Virus record (IMG/VR): IMGVR_UViG_3300036829_000104
Location: 19,598 to 83,597 of that record
Length of the DNA: 64,000 nucleotides
DNA from: a virus
Strand: one strand, 5' to 3'
Part shown: positions 56,644-64,000 of the stretch, piece by piece
Layout: each line of letters begins with the position of its first letter
Numbering within the stretch: the stretch's first letter is position 1
Program-made: the position numbers and the translations under genes
Notes under the pieces: model-generated
Database searches by the model: none
What the model saw: the letters and a program-made list of their open reading frames with translations, nothing else
Told to the model about the DNA's origin: nothing

Positions 56644-56985
56644 GTGGCCGATGAGCCATCCAACGCCGAGCTTGCGTGGCGCCTCGAGCGAATACAGGAC
56701 ATGCTCGGCGGGGTCGTCGGCAGGCCGGAGTACATCTCCGACAAGGCCGGATTCGACTACCGGCTCCAGAAAAACGAGCGCACCATCGCAGAAGCGCGCC
56801 GCGAGCTCGGCCAGGCGATCAAGGACGTGAAAGACCAGATCACCAAGCACGAGAACAAGCACGAGGAACGCGCTGACGAGAACCGGATCAACTGGCGGAG
56901 CCTGCTGCTGACCGGCGTGCTCCCGGCGGTGGTGGCGCTTCTCGGCGTGCTGGCCACCCTGTACGTCAAGCAGCACGGAGGCTAG
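56644..56985 (+). CDS. coiled-coil protein with C-terminal TM (lysis-region membrane protein)
   Basis: VADEPSNAELAWRL...LLLTGVLPAVVALLGVL. Confidence 0.7.
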   Translation: MADEPSNAELAWRLERIQDMLGGVVGRPEYISDKAGFDYRLQKNERTIAEARRELGQAIKDVKDQITKHENKHEERADENRINWRSLLLTGVLPAVVALLGVLATLYVKQHGG

Positions 56986-57480
56986 ATGCAAGTGCGTTCG
57001 CTCGCACAGAAGGCCCTGCCGTCCGTCCTCGCGGGAGCGATCGCGGTCGGCGGGACGCTCGCCGTGGGCGCGGTCGACAACGGGTTCGGGGGGCTGACGC
57101 CGTCTGCGGCGCCCCGCCCGCACGCCACCGTGACCCGGCCGGCGACGCCGGCCCCGTCACCGTCCCGGCCCTCGCCCGGAGCGTCCCTGTCGCCCGTCAG
57201 GGCGTCGCCTGCGCCGTCCGGCACTGCGCCGTCCGGCACCGCACCGGCCCCGCCGGCGGTTCTCGCCGCCGCGGGAAGCAGCCCGGCCGGAGGCGGGTCA
57301 TCCGGCGGCAGCGGGACAGGAAGCACGGGCGGCGGCAGCGGGACAGCGCCATCGTCCCCGCGCCCGTCTAGTCCAGCCCCGTCCACGCCGGCACCCGGCC
57401 CGAGGCCGACGCAGTGCCTCATCGGCCTGCACGTCGCCTCTGCCCTCAGCGTGTGCGCCGTGGCGCAGAACGGAGGGTGA
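56986..57480 (+). CDS. secreted/anchored Pro-Ser-Gly-rich protein
   Basis: Signal-like N-terminus, low complexity. Confidence 0.6.
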   Translation: MQVRSLAQKALPSVLAGAIAVGGTLAVGAVDNGFGGLTPSAAPRPHATVTRPATPAPSPSRPSPGASLSPVRASPAPSGTAPSGTAPAPPAVLAAAGSSPAGGGSSGGSGTGSTGGGSGTAPSSPRPSSPAPSTPAPGPRPTQCLIGLHVASALSVCAVAQNGG

Positions 57481-57927
57481 GTGGAACACGTCGTCCCCGC
57501 CCACGAGCAGGTGCACTCCAGCCGGTACCAGGTGCACTTCCCGGAGCACGGCACCCGCGAAGGCGACCCCAACTACGTCGACTTCCGCCACTACCACGAG
57601 CACACCCGCCACGACCCGGACATCTACCAGTGCACCGTCGGCAAGCGCCGCGGCGACTTCACCGACTGCACCCTCGACAAGCCGCTAGAGCTGCACCACG
57701 CGCATATTGAGTGGGCTCTCCAGAACGGCATCGACCTGGCCATGCTCGAGCACCAGTACCCGGGCGTGTCCGACCGGGAGGAGGTGGGGGCGTGGGTGGA
57801 GTCAGCCGAGAATCTCGAATGGCTCTGCCAGAGACCCCAGTTCCATCACCGGGGCCACGGGGGTGCGCACGTCGCAAGCGCGAGCGACTTTGAGGGGCAG
57901 CATTTCGTCAAGGGGCTGATCTTTTGA
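57481..57927 (+). CDS. His-rich HNH-like protein
   Basis: C...C...LELHH...NLEWLC...HHRG. Confidence 0.6.
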   Translation: MEHVVPAHEQVHSSRYQVHFPEHGTREGDPNYVDFRHYHEHTRHDPDIYQCTVGKRRGDFTDCTLDKPLELHHAHIEWALQNGIDLAMLEHQYPGVSDREEVGAWVESAENLEWLCQRPQFHHRGHGGAHVASASDFEGQHFVKGLIF

Positions 57928-58337
57928 GCACGAAGCCCCGAACGGACCTGCTGACGACGACGGAGATGTACCACTTGGACCAGGCGTGCGAGCTCATCAG
58001 TAAGGCGTTCGGCGATGAGTGCCCGTACCTCGTCGGGAGCGCGGGGATCGGCAACGACAGCGGCTCGCCTCGCGATGTCGACGTCCGCCTCATGCTCGAT
58101 GACGACGAGTTCGCCGCAGCCTGCCCGACACGGGAACGCTGGGAACTGCTATGCCTGGCGATCAGCACGTACCTGCGCGACCGCACGGGATTGCCCATCG
58201 ATTTCCAGATTCAGCGGACTCGCGAAGCGAACGAGCGCCACGGCGGCAGCCCGCGCAACCCTCTCGGCATCGGCGGGGCGGCGGCTCGCTCCTTCGCCGG
58301 CGGCGGCGACGCCACGCCTGACTGGGGTGGCGCATGA
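57924..58337 (+). CDS. minimal nucleotidyltransferase-fold protein
   Basis: YLVGS...RDVDVRL...IDFQIQ. Confidence 0.7.
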   Translation: MSTKPRTDLLTTTEMYHLDQACELISKAFGDECPYLVGSAGIGNDSGSPRDVDVRLMLDDDEFAAACPTRERWELLCLAISTYLRDRTGLPIDFQIQRTREANERHGGSPRNPLGIGGAAARSFAGGGDATPDWGGA

Positions 58338-58774
58338 AGCAGGACCTCGCCCGCCCGGCGATCGTCGGCGCGTTCGACGGGACCGCGAGCCTGCTCGGCG
58401 TGACCGTGTTCCTGCTCATCTCGCACCCATCGCTGATCTTCCCGACTGCGCTGTCCGGCGCGATCTCGGCCGCCCTGTCGATGGCCGCCGGATGGTGGCT
58501 GTCCGACGGCAACCGCGACGGTCTCGCCGGGTCCTCGGTGATGGGAGTCGCCACCCTCGCCGGCGCGCTGCTGCCCGCGCTGCCGTTCGCGTTCAGCACG
58601 AGGCCTGTCGCCGTCGCGGAGTGCGCGATCATCTGCGTGTGCATCGGCATCGCCGTGGCGATGCTGCGCGCGAAGCGGAGCCTGCCGCTGGCGCTGACTG
58701 AGACGTTCGGGCTGCTGCTGGTGATCGCGGGCGTCACTGCCGCCTGCGCGCTGGCCTGGGGGAGCGGTGGGTGA
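58334..58774 (+). CDS. VIT1/CCC1-like membrane transporter (short)
   Basis: IVGAFDG...GAISAALSMAAG.WLS...GALLPALPF. Confidence 0.7.
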   Translation: MKQDLARPAIVGAFDGTASLLGVTVFLLISHPSLIFPTALSGAISAALSMAAGWWLSDGNRDGLAGSSVMGVATLAGALLPALPFAFSTRPVAVAECAIICVCIGIAVAMLRAKRSLPLALTETFGLLLVIAGVTAACALAWGSGG

Positions 58775-58815
58775 TGTGGCACTGGCTGCTGCGAACAGAA
58801 GCGGAGAGAAGCAGC

Positions 58816-59664
58816 ATGAGCAACCTTACTTGCGCTGATTCCATCTATCCGGACAACCTTCCGTCCGGGTACGACGCGTATCTCGGGTACGTCGATGGTG
58901 CCTGGCCTACTGCCGCGCTGCTGCCCGCGAAGTTCCCCGGCCACCACATCCTGACCATCACAGTGCGAGGCGGGTCAACGGTCGCTGACGGGTGCGACGT
59001 AGAGGCCGGGGACCTGACCCCGGCGCACGGCGCCCAGTGGGCGCAGCACCGGATCGCCGCCGGTGCTCACCGGCCGGTGATCTACGCGTCCGCGTCGGCG
59101 ATGAGCCAGGTGCTGTCCGAGCTCGCCGCAGTGAAGGTGCCCCGCTCGTCGGTGCGGCTCCTGTCCGCCCACTACGGTCACGGCGAGCACATCTGCGGAC
59201 CGTCGACCTGCCGGCTGGTGAGCGTGGCGATGGACGGCACCCAGTGGACCGACCAGGCGCCGGGAAGCCGCGGGACGCGCATCGACGTGTCACTGCTCGC
59301 CGCGGACTTCTTCGGCACCGCCCCGCAGCCCGCCCCGAAACCAGCCCCCGCACCCGCACCCTTGGAGGATGACATGGCTGTAGAGATCCCGCCCGGCAGC
59401 AAGAGCCCCGACGTCGGCGTGAGCTTCAACGGCGCCCCGTACACCACGGTCGGGTTCCTCGCCGACCCGTCCCGCGTCGGCACCGCACAGACCGCGGTCC
59501 GCTGCGCGTTCCACAACGGGAAGGGTGCGGTATTCGCCGTGGTGACGGCGACCATGACGAAAGCCTCGCCGAAGGTCGTCGTGAAGGTCCCGGCCAACGC
59601 GGACGGCGTTTCGTTCCACCGGCTGGACGACGCTCCGATCACCCTCTACCCGAACTTCGCCTGA
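58816..59664 (+). CDS. endolysin (GH25-like muramidase domain plus C-terminal domain)
   Basis: GYVDG, DVEAGD, PVIYAS, QWTD, DVS; Pro-rich linker. Confidence 0.75.
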   Translation: MSNLTCADSIYPDNLPSGYDAYLGYVDGAWPTAALLPAKFPGHHILTITVRGGSTVADGCDVEAGDLTPAHGAQWAQHRIAAGAHRPVIYASASAMSQVLSELAAVKVPRSSVRLLSAHYGHGEHICGPSTCRLVSVAMDGTQWTDQAPGSRGTRIDVSLLAADFFGTAPQPAPKPAPAPAPLEDDMAVEIPPGSKSPDVGVSFNGAPYTTVGFLADPSRVGTAQTAVRCAFHNGKGAVFAVVTATMTKASPKVVVKVPANADGVSFHRLDDAPITLYPNFA

Positions 59665-59724
59665 GCCCGTCTCTTGAGCCCCGGTCATCCGGCCGGGGCT
59701 TTCTCGTATGCCCACGGAGGCTAA

Positions 59725-60546
59725 GTGAGCCGCTACGGCCGTATTCAGTCGCCGGCACCGATGCAGCTTCACCGGCTGCACGTCCCCGCCCACCCGGGCA
59801 CGCTGAGGGAAGTCCGGCACGAGGTACCGATCCCGGTCCTCGACCAGCAGGACCTGAAGTCGCAGGGCGTTGACGTGACCGCGCTGGTCCCCGGCGCGCA
59901 GGCCACCGACGCACTCGGCAGCTGCACGTGCAACGCCGGGACCGCGCACATCGCCGAGCGCTGGGTCGCGGCGGGCAAAGACCTCGGCGACCTCGAGCTG
60001 TTCGGCCTGACCTTGTCGGCAACGGACGCCGTGCAGGACGAGAAGGCCGCGATCCTGCTCTACCACAACGTCACCGACCAGACCGGCGACCCGGCCAGCG
60101 AGTGGCCGCCGCAGGACGTGGGCTCGTCCGGCTACTACGTGGCCGCCGAGCTGGAGCGGCTGAAGCTCGCCAGCACCTACAAGTCCGCCAGCAACGTCAC
60201 CGGCGCCCTGTCCCTGCTCCAGGCGGGCACCGTCATGATCGGCTCGGTGTTCTTCAACTCGTGGGAGGAGCCGGACAGCGGCGGCTTCGTCGACGGGGAC
60301 GGCAGCGTGGACGCCCTCATGGCCGCGCTCGACTCCGGCGTCGCCGGCGGCCACGAGACGCTCATAACCGGCATCGAGCAGCTCGCCGTCACCGGCGGCA
60401 GCGTCGACCTGGCGAACACCGTGCTCCGCGTTCGCAATAGCTGGTCGGCCGACTGGAACCCGGTCCTGTCGGGCGACTACCTGATCCACGCCAGCACCCT
60501 CGACACGCTCGCGCAATACGTGGACTACAAGGCCATCGCGATCTGA
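59725..60546 (+). CDS. papain-like (C1) cysteine peptidase
   Basis: LGSCTCNA, GGHE, RNSW catalytic motifs. Confidence 0.8.
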   Translation: MSRYGRIQSPAPMQLHRLHVPAHPGTLREVRHEVPIPVLDQQDLKSQGVDVTALVPGAQATDALGSCTCNAGTAHIAERWVAAGKDLGDLELFGLTLSATDAVQDEKAAILLYHNVTDQTGDPASEWPPQDVGSSGYYVAAELERLKLASTYKSASNVTGALSLLQAGTVMIGSVFFNSWEEPDSGGFVDGDGSVDALMAALDSGVAGGHETLITGIEQLAVTGGSVDLANTVLRVRNSWSADWNPVLSGDYLIHASTLDTLAQYVDYKAIAI

Positions 60547-60609
60547 CGCGACCCCCAATTGGCCCCGGTATCGGCCGGGGCTTTTCTTCGTTCACCCCTG
60601 GAGGCAGTC

Positions 60610-61038
60610 TTGGGAAAGTTCATCAACGTCATGAAGACAGAGCCGGCCCTGATAACGGGTGCCGCGCAGGTGATCCTGGCCCTGCTGTCGGCGACGGTCG
60701 TCAGCCTCACCGCCGAGCAGACCGGTGCGGTCCTCGCCGTCACCACGGCGGTGCTGGCGCTGATCGCGGCGATTGCAACCCGGCCGTTTCAGGTGCAGGG
60801 GCTCACCGGGTTCGTCACCGCGGCGGTGACGCTGCTGATCACGTTCGGTGTGCCGCACGTCGACCCGGGCATCGTGGCGACGGTGAACGCGGCCATCGTT
60901 GCCATCGCGCCGTTGATCGTGCGGTTCCACGTGACCCCGGTCGCGACGCTCAACGCCGCGAAGCGCAAGCCCGTTCCTGCTCCGGCCTCGCCCGCGACCG
61001 CCCCGGTCCCTCCGTCGCCCGCGGCTCCCGCCGCGTGA
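60610..61038 (+). CDS. holin-like membrane protein
   Basis: Four TM segments, EPAL...R..VTPV; after the lysin. Confidence 0.75.
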   Translation: MGKFINVMKTEPALITGAAQVILALLSATVVSLTAEQTGAVLAVTTAVLALIAAIATRPFQVQGLTGFVTAAVTLLITFGVPHVDPGIVATVNAAIVAIAPLIVRFHVTPVATLNAAKRKPVPAPASPATAPVPPSPAAPAA

Positions 61039-61189
61039 GACGGCTCTGGCGCCTCCTCGTCGCAGCGGCCGCCTGGCTGTACGCAGCGCTGCTCAGGTTC
61101 GCGTGGCGGGACCACGACGACCCGCCAGAACGGTACGCTGATCACCAGCACGAGCGCAGGTCCACCGGGTAGACGCAAGCGCACGCCAT

Positions 61190-61233
61190 AAAGGGGCCTC
61201 GATCCAGTCTCCGGACTGGATCGAGGCCCCTTT
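61190..61233. terminator. bidirectional terminator
   Basis: AAAGGGGCCTCGATCCAGTC...GACTGGATCGAGGCCCCTTT between convergent operons. Confidence 0.85.
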
Positions 61234-61258
61234 CGCATGCCCGCAGACCTGAAGCCCG

Positions 61259-61444
61259 TCAGGCGCCCCTGTCCGTCTGCCGCCGGGGCGGGTTCCCGCG
61301 CAACGCGCGCACGAACCACACCGGAGCCCACAGGCCGCAGGTGAAGACGGTAAGCAGCAGGTGGAGGATGTGCTGGTTAGCCGTGAGCGGCGTGCGCTGC
61401 GGCTTCGGCGGCATGCCGGCCCCGGCGACCCGCCCGTCCATCAT
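61259..61444 (-). CDS. small membrane protein
   Basis: HILHLLLTVFTCGLWAPVW. Confidence 0.65.
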   Translation of the reverse strand: MMDGRVAGAGMPPKPQRTPLTANQHILHLLLTVFTCGLWAPVWFVRALRGNPPRRQTDRGA

Positions 61445-61690
61445 CCTGTCCACCCACTGCCGGTATCGGCTGATAATCATTGGTCACTCCTGGATCGCCC
61501 CGTAATACCTGCGCCGTCTTGTTGGACGGCGCAGGGCCGTTTTGCGTTTACAGTGACGCTTACTTCGCGTTCCCGGTGTTATCGACCCGTTGCAGCCGCG
61601 AGATCCGGATCAGGGCGGCGATGCCCTCCAGTTGCTGCTCCTCGCCGGCGTCGCCCTCGCCGTCGGCGTTGGTGACGGCGCACGCGGGCA

Positions 61691-61927
61691 TCAGTCCTCC
61701 ACGCCTAGAGCGGCGCGGGCACGGTCGATGTAGCCCTGGTGACTCCACCTCTCCCGGAAGTACTCGGGCACGTATCCGACCATGTCTTCCATGCCTTCCA
61801 GCGCGTCGCGCAGCGCCGCCTCCAGCTCGGTGACGCGGGCGGCGTGCTGGCCGGGTGTCGGCGCGGTGTTGTCGGTCACGTACTGCTCCTGATGGTTAGG
61901 CGGGGCGATTCGGATGAGAGGCGTCAT
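61691..61927 (-). CDS. hypothetical protein
   Basis: Coupled to the upstream HNH-like gene. Confidence 0.55.
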   Translation of the reverse strand: MTPLIRIAPPNHQEQYVTDNTAPTPGQHAARVTELEAALRDALEGMEDMVGYVPEYFRERWSHQGYIDRARAALGVED

Positions 61928-62496
61928 GACGCCTGTTGCTTCTGCTTGGCCTCCCAGTAGAGGAAGAACTCCCTCACCGTTTCCACCGCGCCGCCGGTCG
62001 CTACCCAGGCGATGGCTTCGGCGGCGTGCTCGGCGTCGAAGATCGGCATGAAGCGGTTGCAGATCCTGCATAGCGGCACGATGTTCTGGACCTGGTCGAG
62101 GCCGTCACGTGCCCAGTTCACAAGGTGGCCGCGCTCCAGCCACCAGCCCGAGGAGTACCACCTTTCCTCCAGGTCATCAGTGTCAGGCAAGTCAGCGGTA
62201 ACTCGGCAGCCGAAGCAGTGAGGGTCGTCGAGGTTGACCTGGAACAAGCCCTCGTGGTTCGCCCGCTTGTCGCGTTCCGCCCAGTAGGACGCGATCGTCC
62301 ACAAGGACGGGAGCGGCTTGCGGACGTGAGGCGCGACCCAGTCGGAGGCGAACATGACCCGGCGCGTCGCTTCGTCGTACGCCTCTGGGGTCATGTTTGC
62401 CCGGCGCCGCTTCAGCGCGGCGATTTCACGGGCCCGTGCCGTCTTAGTGAGCTCCAGCCAGACGTCGCCCTCGCGGACGCGCTTCGCTCGCGCCAT
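61924..62496 (-). CDS. HNH-like endonuclease
   Basis: CFGC...LERGHL...G.D..QNIVPLCRICN. Confidence 0.7.
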   Translation of the reverse strand: MARAKRVREGDVWLELTKTARAREIAALKRRRANMTPEAYDEATRRVMFASDWVAPHVRKPLPSLWTIASYWAERDKRANHEGLFQVNLDDPHCFGCRVTADLPDTDDLEERWYSSGWWLERGHLVNWARDGLDQVQNIVPLCRICNRFMPIFDAEHAAEAIAWVATGGAVETVREFFLYWEAKQKQQAS

Positions 62497-62533
62497 GCGC
62501 CCCCATCCCTCCCTTAAACCGCACGTCAGAACA

Positions 62534-62581
62534 ACAATCATTTAAAGTGGTCCTGCAATCAGGACCATTCTAAATCATTGT
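62534..62581. other. candidate attP site of the serine integrase
   Basis: ACAATCATTTAAAGTGGTCCTG-CAAT-CAGGACCATTCTAAATCATTGT: 48 bp, AT-rich, 22-bp imperfect arms, overlapping the integrase 3' end. Confidence 0.75.
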
Positions 62582-64000
62582 CGGTCTCCCAGGGGTCCGG
62601 TTGCCATGCCGGATGGATCACGATCCGCACCGGCATCGGCAGCCAGTGCCCCTTCGCGTCCCGGACACGCTCCCCGTCCCGGTGCACCACGATCCGGCGT
62701 GCCAACTTCCGCAGGATCTCGTTCAGCGCCCCGGGCGGCAGCGTGTCCCAGTCGGCCAGCAGGGACGGCAGCAGGCGCGGCACGTCCCGCGATGCCTCCA
62801 TCTGCCGTTCGCGCGTCCGCAGCGCCTCTATGTCGGCTGCCGCCGCGTCGCGTTCCGCCCTCGCCTCGGCCGCGGCCGCTTTCCATGCGTCGTCCGGGAT
62901 GTCGCCGGCGCCGCGGGCACGCTCCCGTGCGAGCCGCACCAGTTCCCGCTCCGCTTCCCGGAGCTTCTTCTCGGCCAGCGCCGCGGCGGTAGGCGCGGGG
63001 CCGCGGGCCTGCTGCCGGATCGCTGCCTCGCGGGCCACCCGGTCGATGTCGGTGGCCAGCTCCGCCGCATACTCGCGTGCCGCCTCCACGAGGCGCGTCA
63101 CGGTCACCGACGGACGGCCCTCGCAGTCGGCGTACTTGCGGTGACGCAGGCATTTGAACACCGGCGCGCCTCCCGCGCCGTCCCCGGTGGCGGCCATCGC
63201 ACCCTGGCAGTGCCCGCACCGCACCATCCCCGACACGGGGAACACCGGGACGCGGGCCCGCGGCGGCAGTTCCCGTGTCGCGTTCCTGCGATCCTGGTAC
63301 GCCTGCCACTCCTGCCCGGTAATGACCGGCTCGTGGGCGCCGCGGACATGCCGCTTCCGGCGGCATTTCGACTTGCGGTTGCACCGGCAGGCGGAGTCGT
63401 GCAGCAGCAGGAACCCGGCACCGAACCCGGAGTCGAGCACATCCCGCACCGCGTCGGCACGCCACGGGTTGCCGTAGGAGGTGCGCCAGCCGTCGTCGGT
63501 CAGGCGCCGCCCGATCGCCGTGAACCCGGTGCCGCCGATGTAATCCCGGTACATGGCGGCGAGAACATCCCCGGTGTCCGGGTCCGGCTCGTAACGCTCA
63601 TCCTCGCCCTTCACGTGGCGGGTGCGCTTCGGGTTCTTCTCGTCAGGGACGCGCCCGGCCTGGCGGTAGCCGAACCTCGGCTTCCCGTGGGTGGGCAGTC
63701 CTCTGCGCGCCCGGTACTCATAGACTTCCGCCCAGATCTCCCCGGCCCGGTCGGACTCGTATACGCCGAACTCCAGCAGCATGGAGCGGCTGAACTTCCC
63801 CGTCGCGGTCCACGTATCGATGTCCTCAGTCGCGGATACGAGCCGTCCGCCCGCCTTCTCCAGCTCGTCCAGGTACTTGGCATTGCCGGCCCGGTCGCGC
63901 CCGAACCGGCTGAACTTCCAGACGATGATCTCCTCGGCCTCGCCAGCCGCAACCCGGTTAATCGCGTTCGTGATCTTGCGCTTGTTGAAGCTGCGGCCTG
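62559..64000 (-). CDS. int: large serine recombinase (integrase), 5' end outside the window
   Basis: VWKFSRFGR resolvase motif, FGY, HEPVIT, CGHC...C zinc ribbon, coiled coil. Confidence 0.93.
   Translation of the reverse strand, partial: GRSFNKRKITNAINRVAAGEAEEIIVWKFSRFGRDRAGNAKYLDELEKAGGRLVSATEDIDTWTATGKFSRSMLLEFGVYESDRAGEIWAEVYEYRARRGLPTHGKPRFGYRQAGRVPDEKNPKRTRHVKGEDERYEPDPDTGDVLAAMYRDYIGGTGFTAIGRRLTDDGWRTSYGNPWRADAVRDVLDSGFGAGFLLLHDSACRCNRKSKCRRKRHVRGAHEPVITGQEWQAYQDRRNATRELPPRARVPVFPVSGMVRCGHCQGAMAATGDGAGGAPVFKCLRHRKYADCEGRPSVTVTRLVEAAREYAAELATDIDRVAREAAIRQQARGPAPTAAALAEKKLREAERELVRLARERARGAGDIPDDAWKAAAAEARAERDAAAADIEALRTRERQMEASRDVPRLLPSLLADWDTLPPGALNEILRKLARRIVVHRDGERVRDAKGHWLPMPVRIVIHPAWQPDPWETDNDLEWS

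Larger units (their letters stand above)
1..64000. mobile_element. Temperate actinobacteriophage (siphovirus-type) genome, partial; carries a conjugation module
   Basis: Terminase, portal, HK97-type capsid, tail tube, frameshifted chaperone, tape measure, lysis genes, repressor/Cro and serine integrase; WhiB and very high GC point to an actinomycete host; no host housekeeping genes. Confidence 0.95.

Noticed and set aside
1-64000. tRNA/rRNA genes and a DNA replication module
   Set aside because: None recognised by eye; replication genes may lie outside the window, and a tRNA scan would be needed to confirm absence

Overview
The window holds most of a high-GC temperate actinobacterial siphovirus genome. 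In order: a leftward recombination arm (HNH, ERF), a Cro/repressor switch and a block of small self-regulated accessory cassettes. Next is an ~11.5 kb Streptomyces-plasmid/AICE-type conjugation module (two Nudix genes, GntR/KorA-like repressor, Xis-like HTH, WhiB, small membrane proteins, two membrane-anchored cell-wall hydrolases, TraA-like, TraB FtsK translocase with winged helix, candidate clt, DUF2637 SpdB2-like). This is followed by a putative anti-restriction regulon (ArdC-like, DUF3560-methyltransferase) marked by a repeated promoter/operator, and a QueC-less 7-deazaguanine DNA-modification cluster (DpdA-like, DpdL-like, queD, queE, folE). The right half has HNH/cos/terminase, a portal fused to a 2H phosphodiesterase, a protease-capsid fusion, tail genes, lysis genes and a large serine integrase (truncated by the window) with an apparently intact attP. 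The standout feature is an integrative phage carrying its own TraB-type conjugation and spreading machinery, with no second integrase or Rep in the window: a candidate phage-ICE hybrid. All calls come from reading motifs and synteny by eye; no database searches were run.
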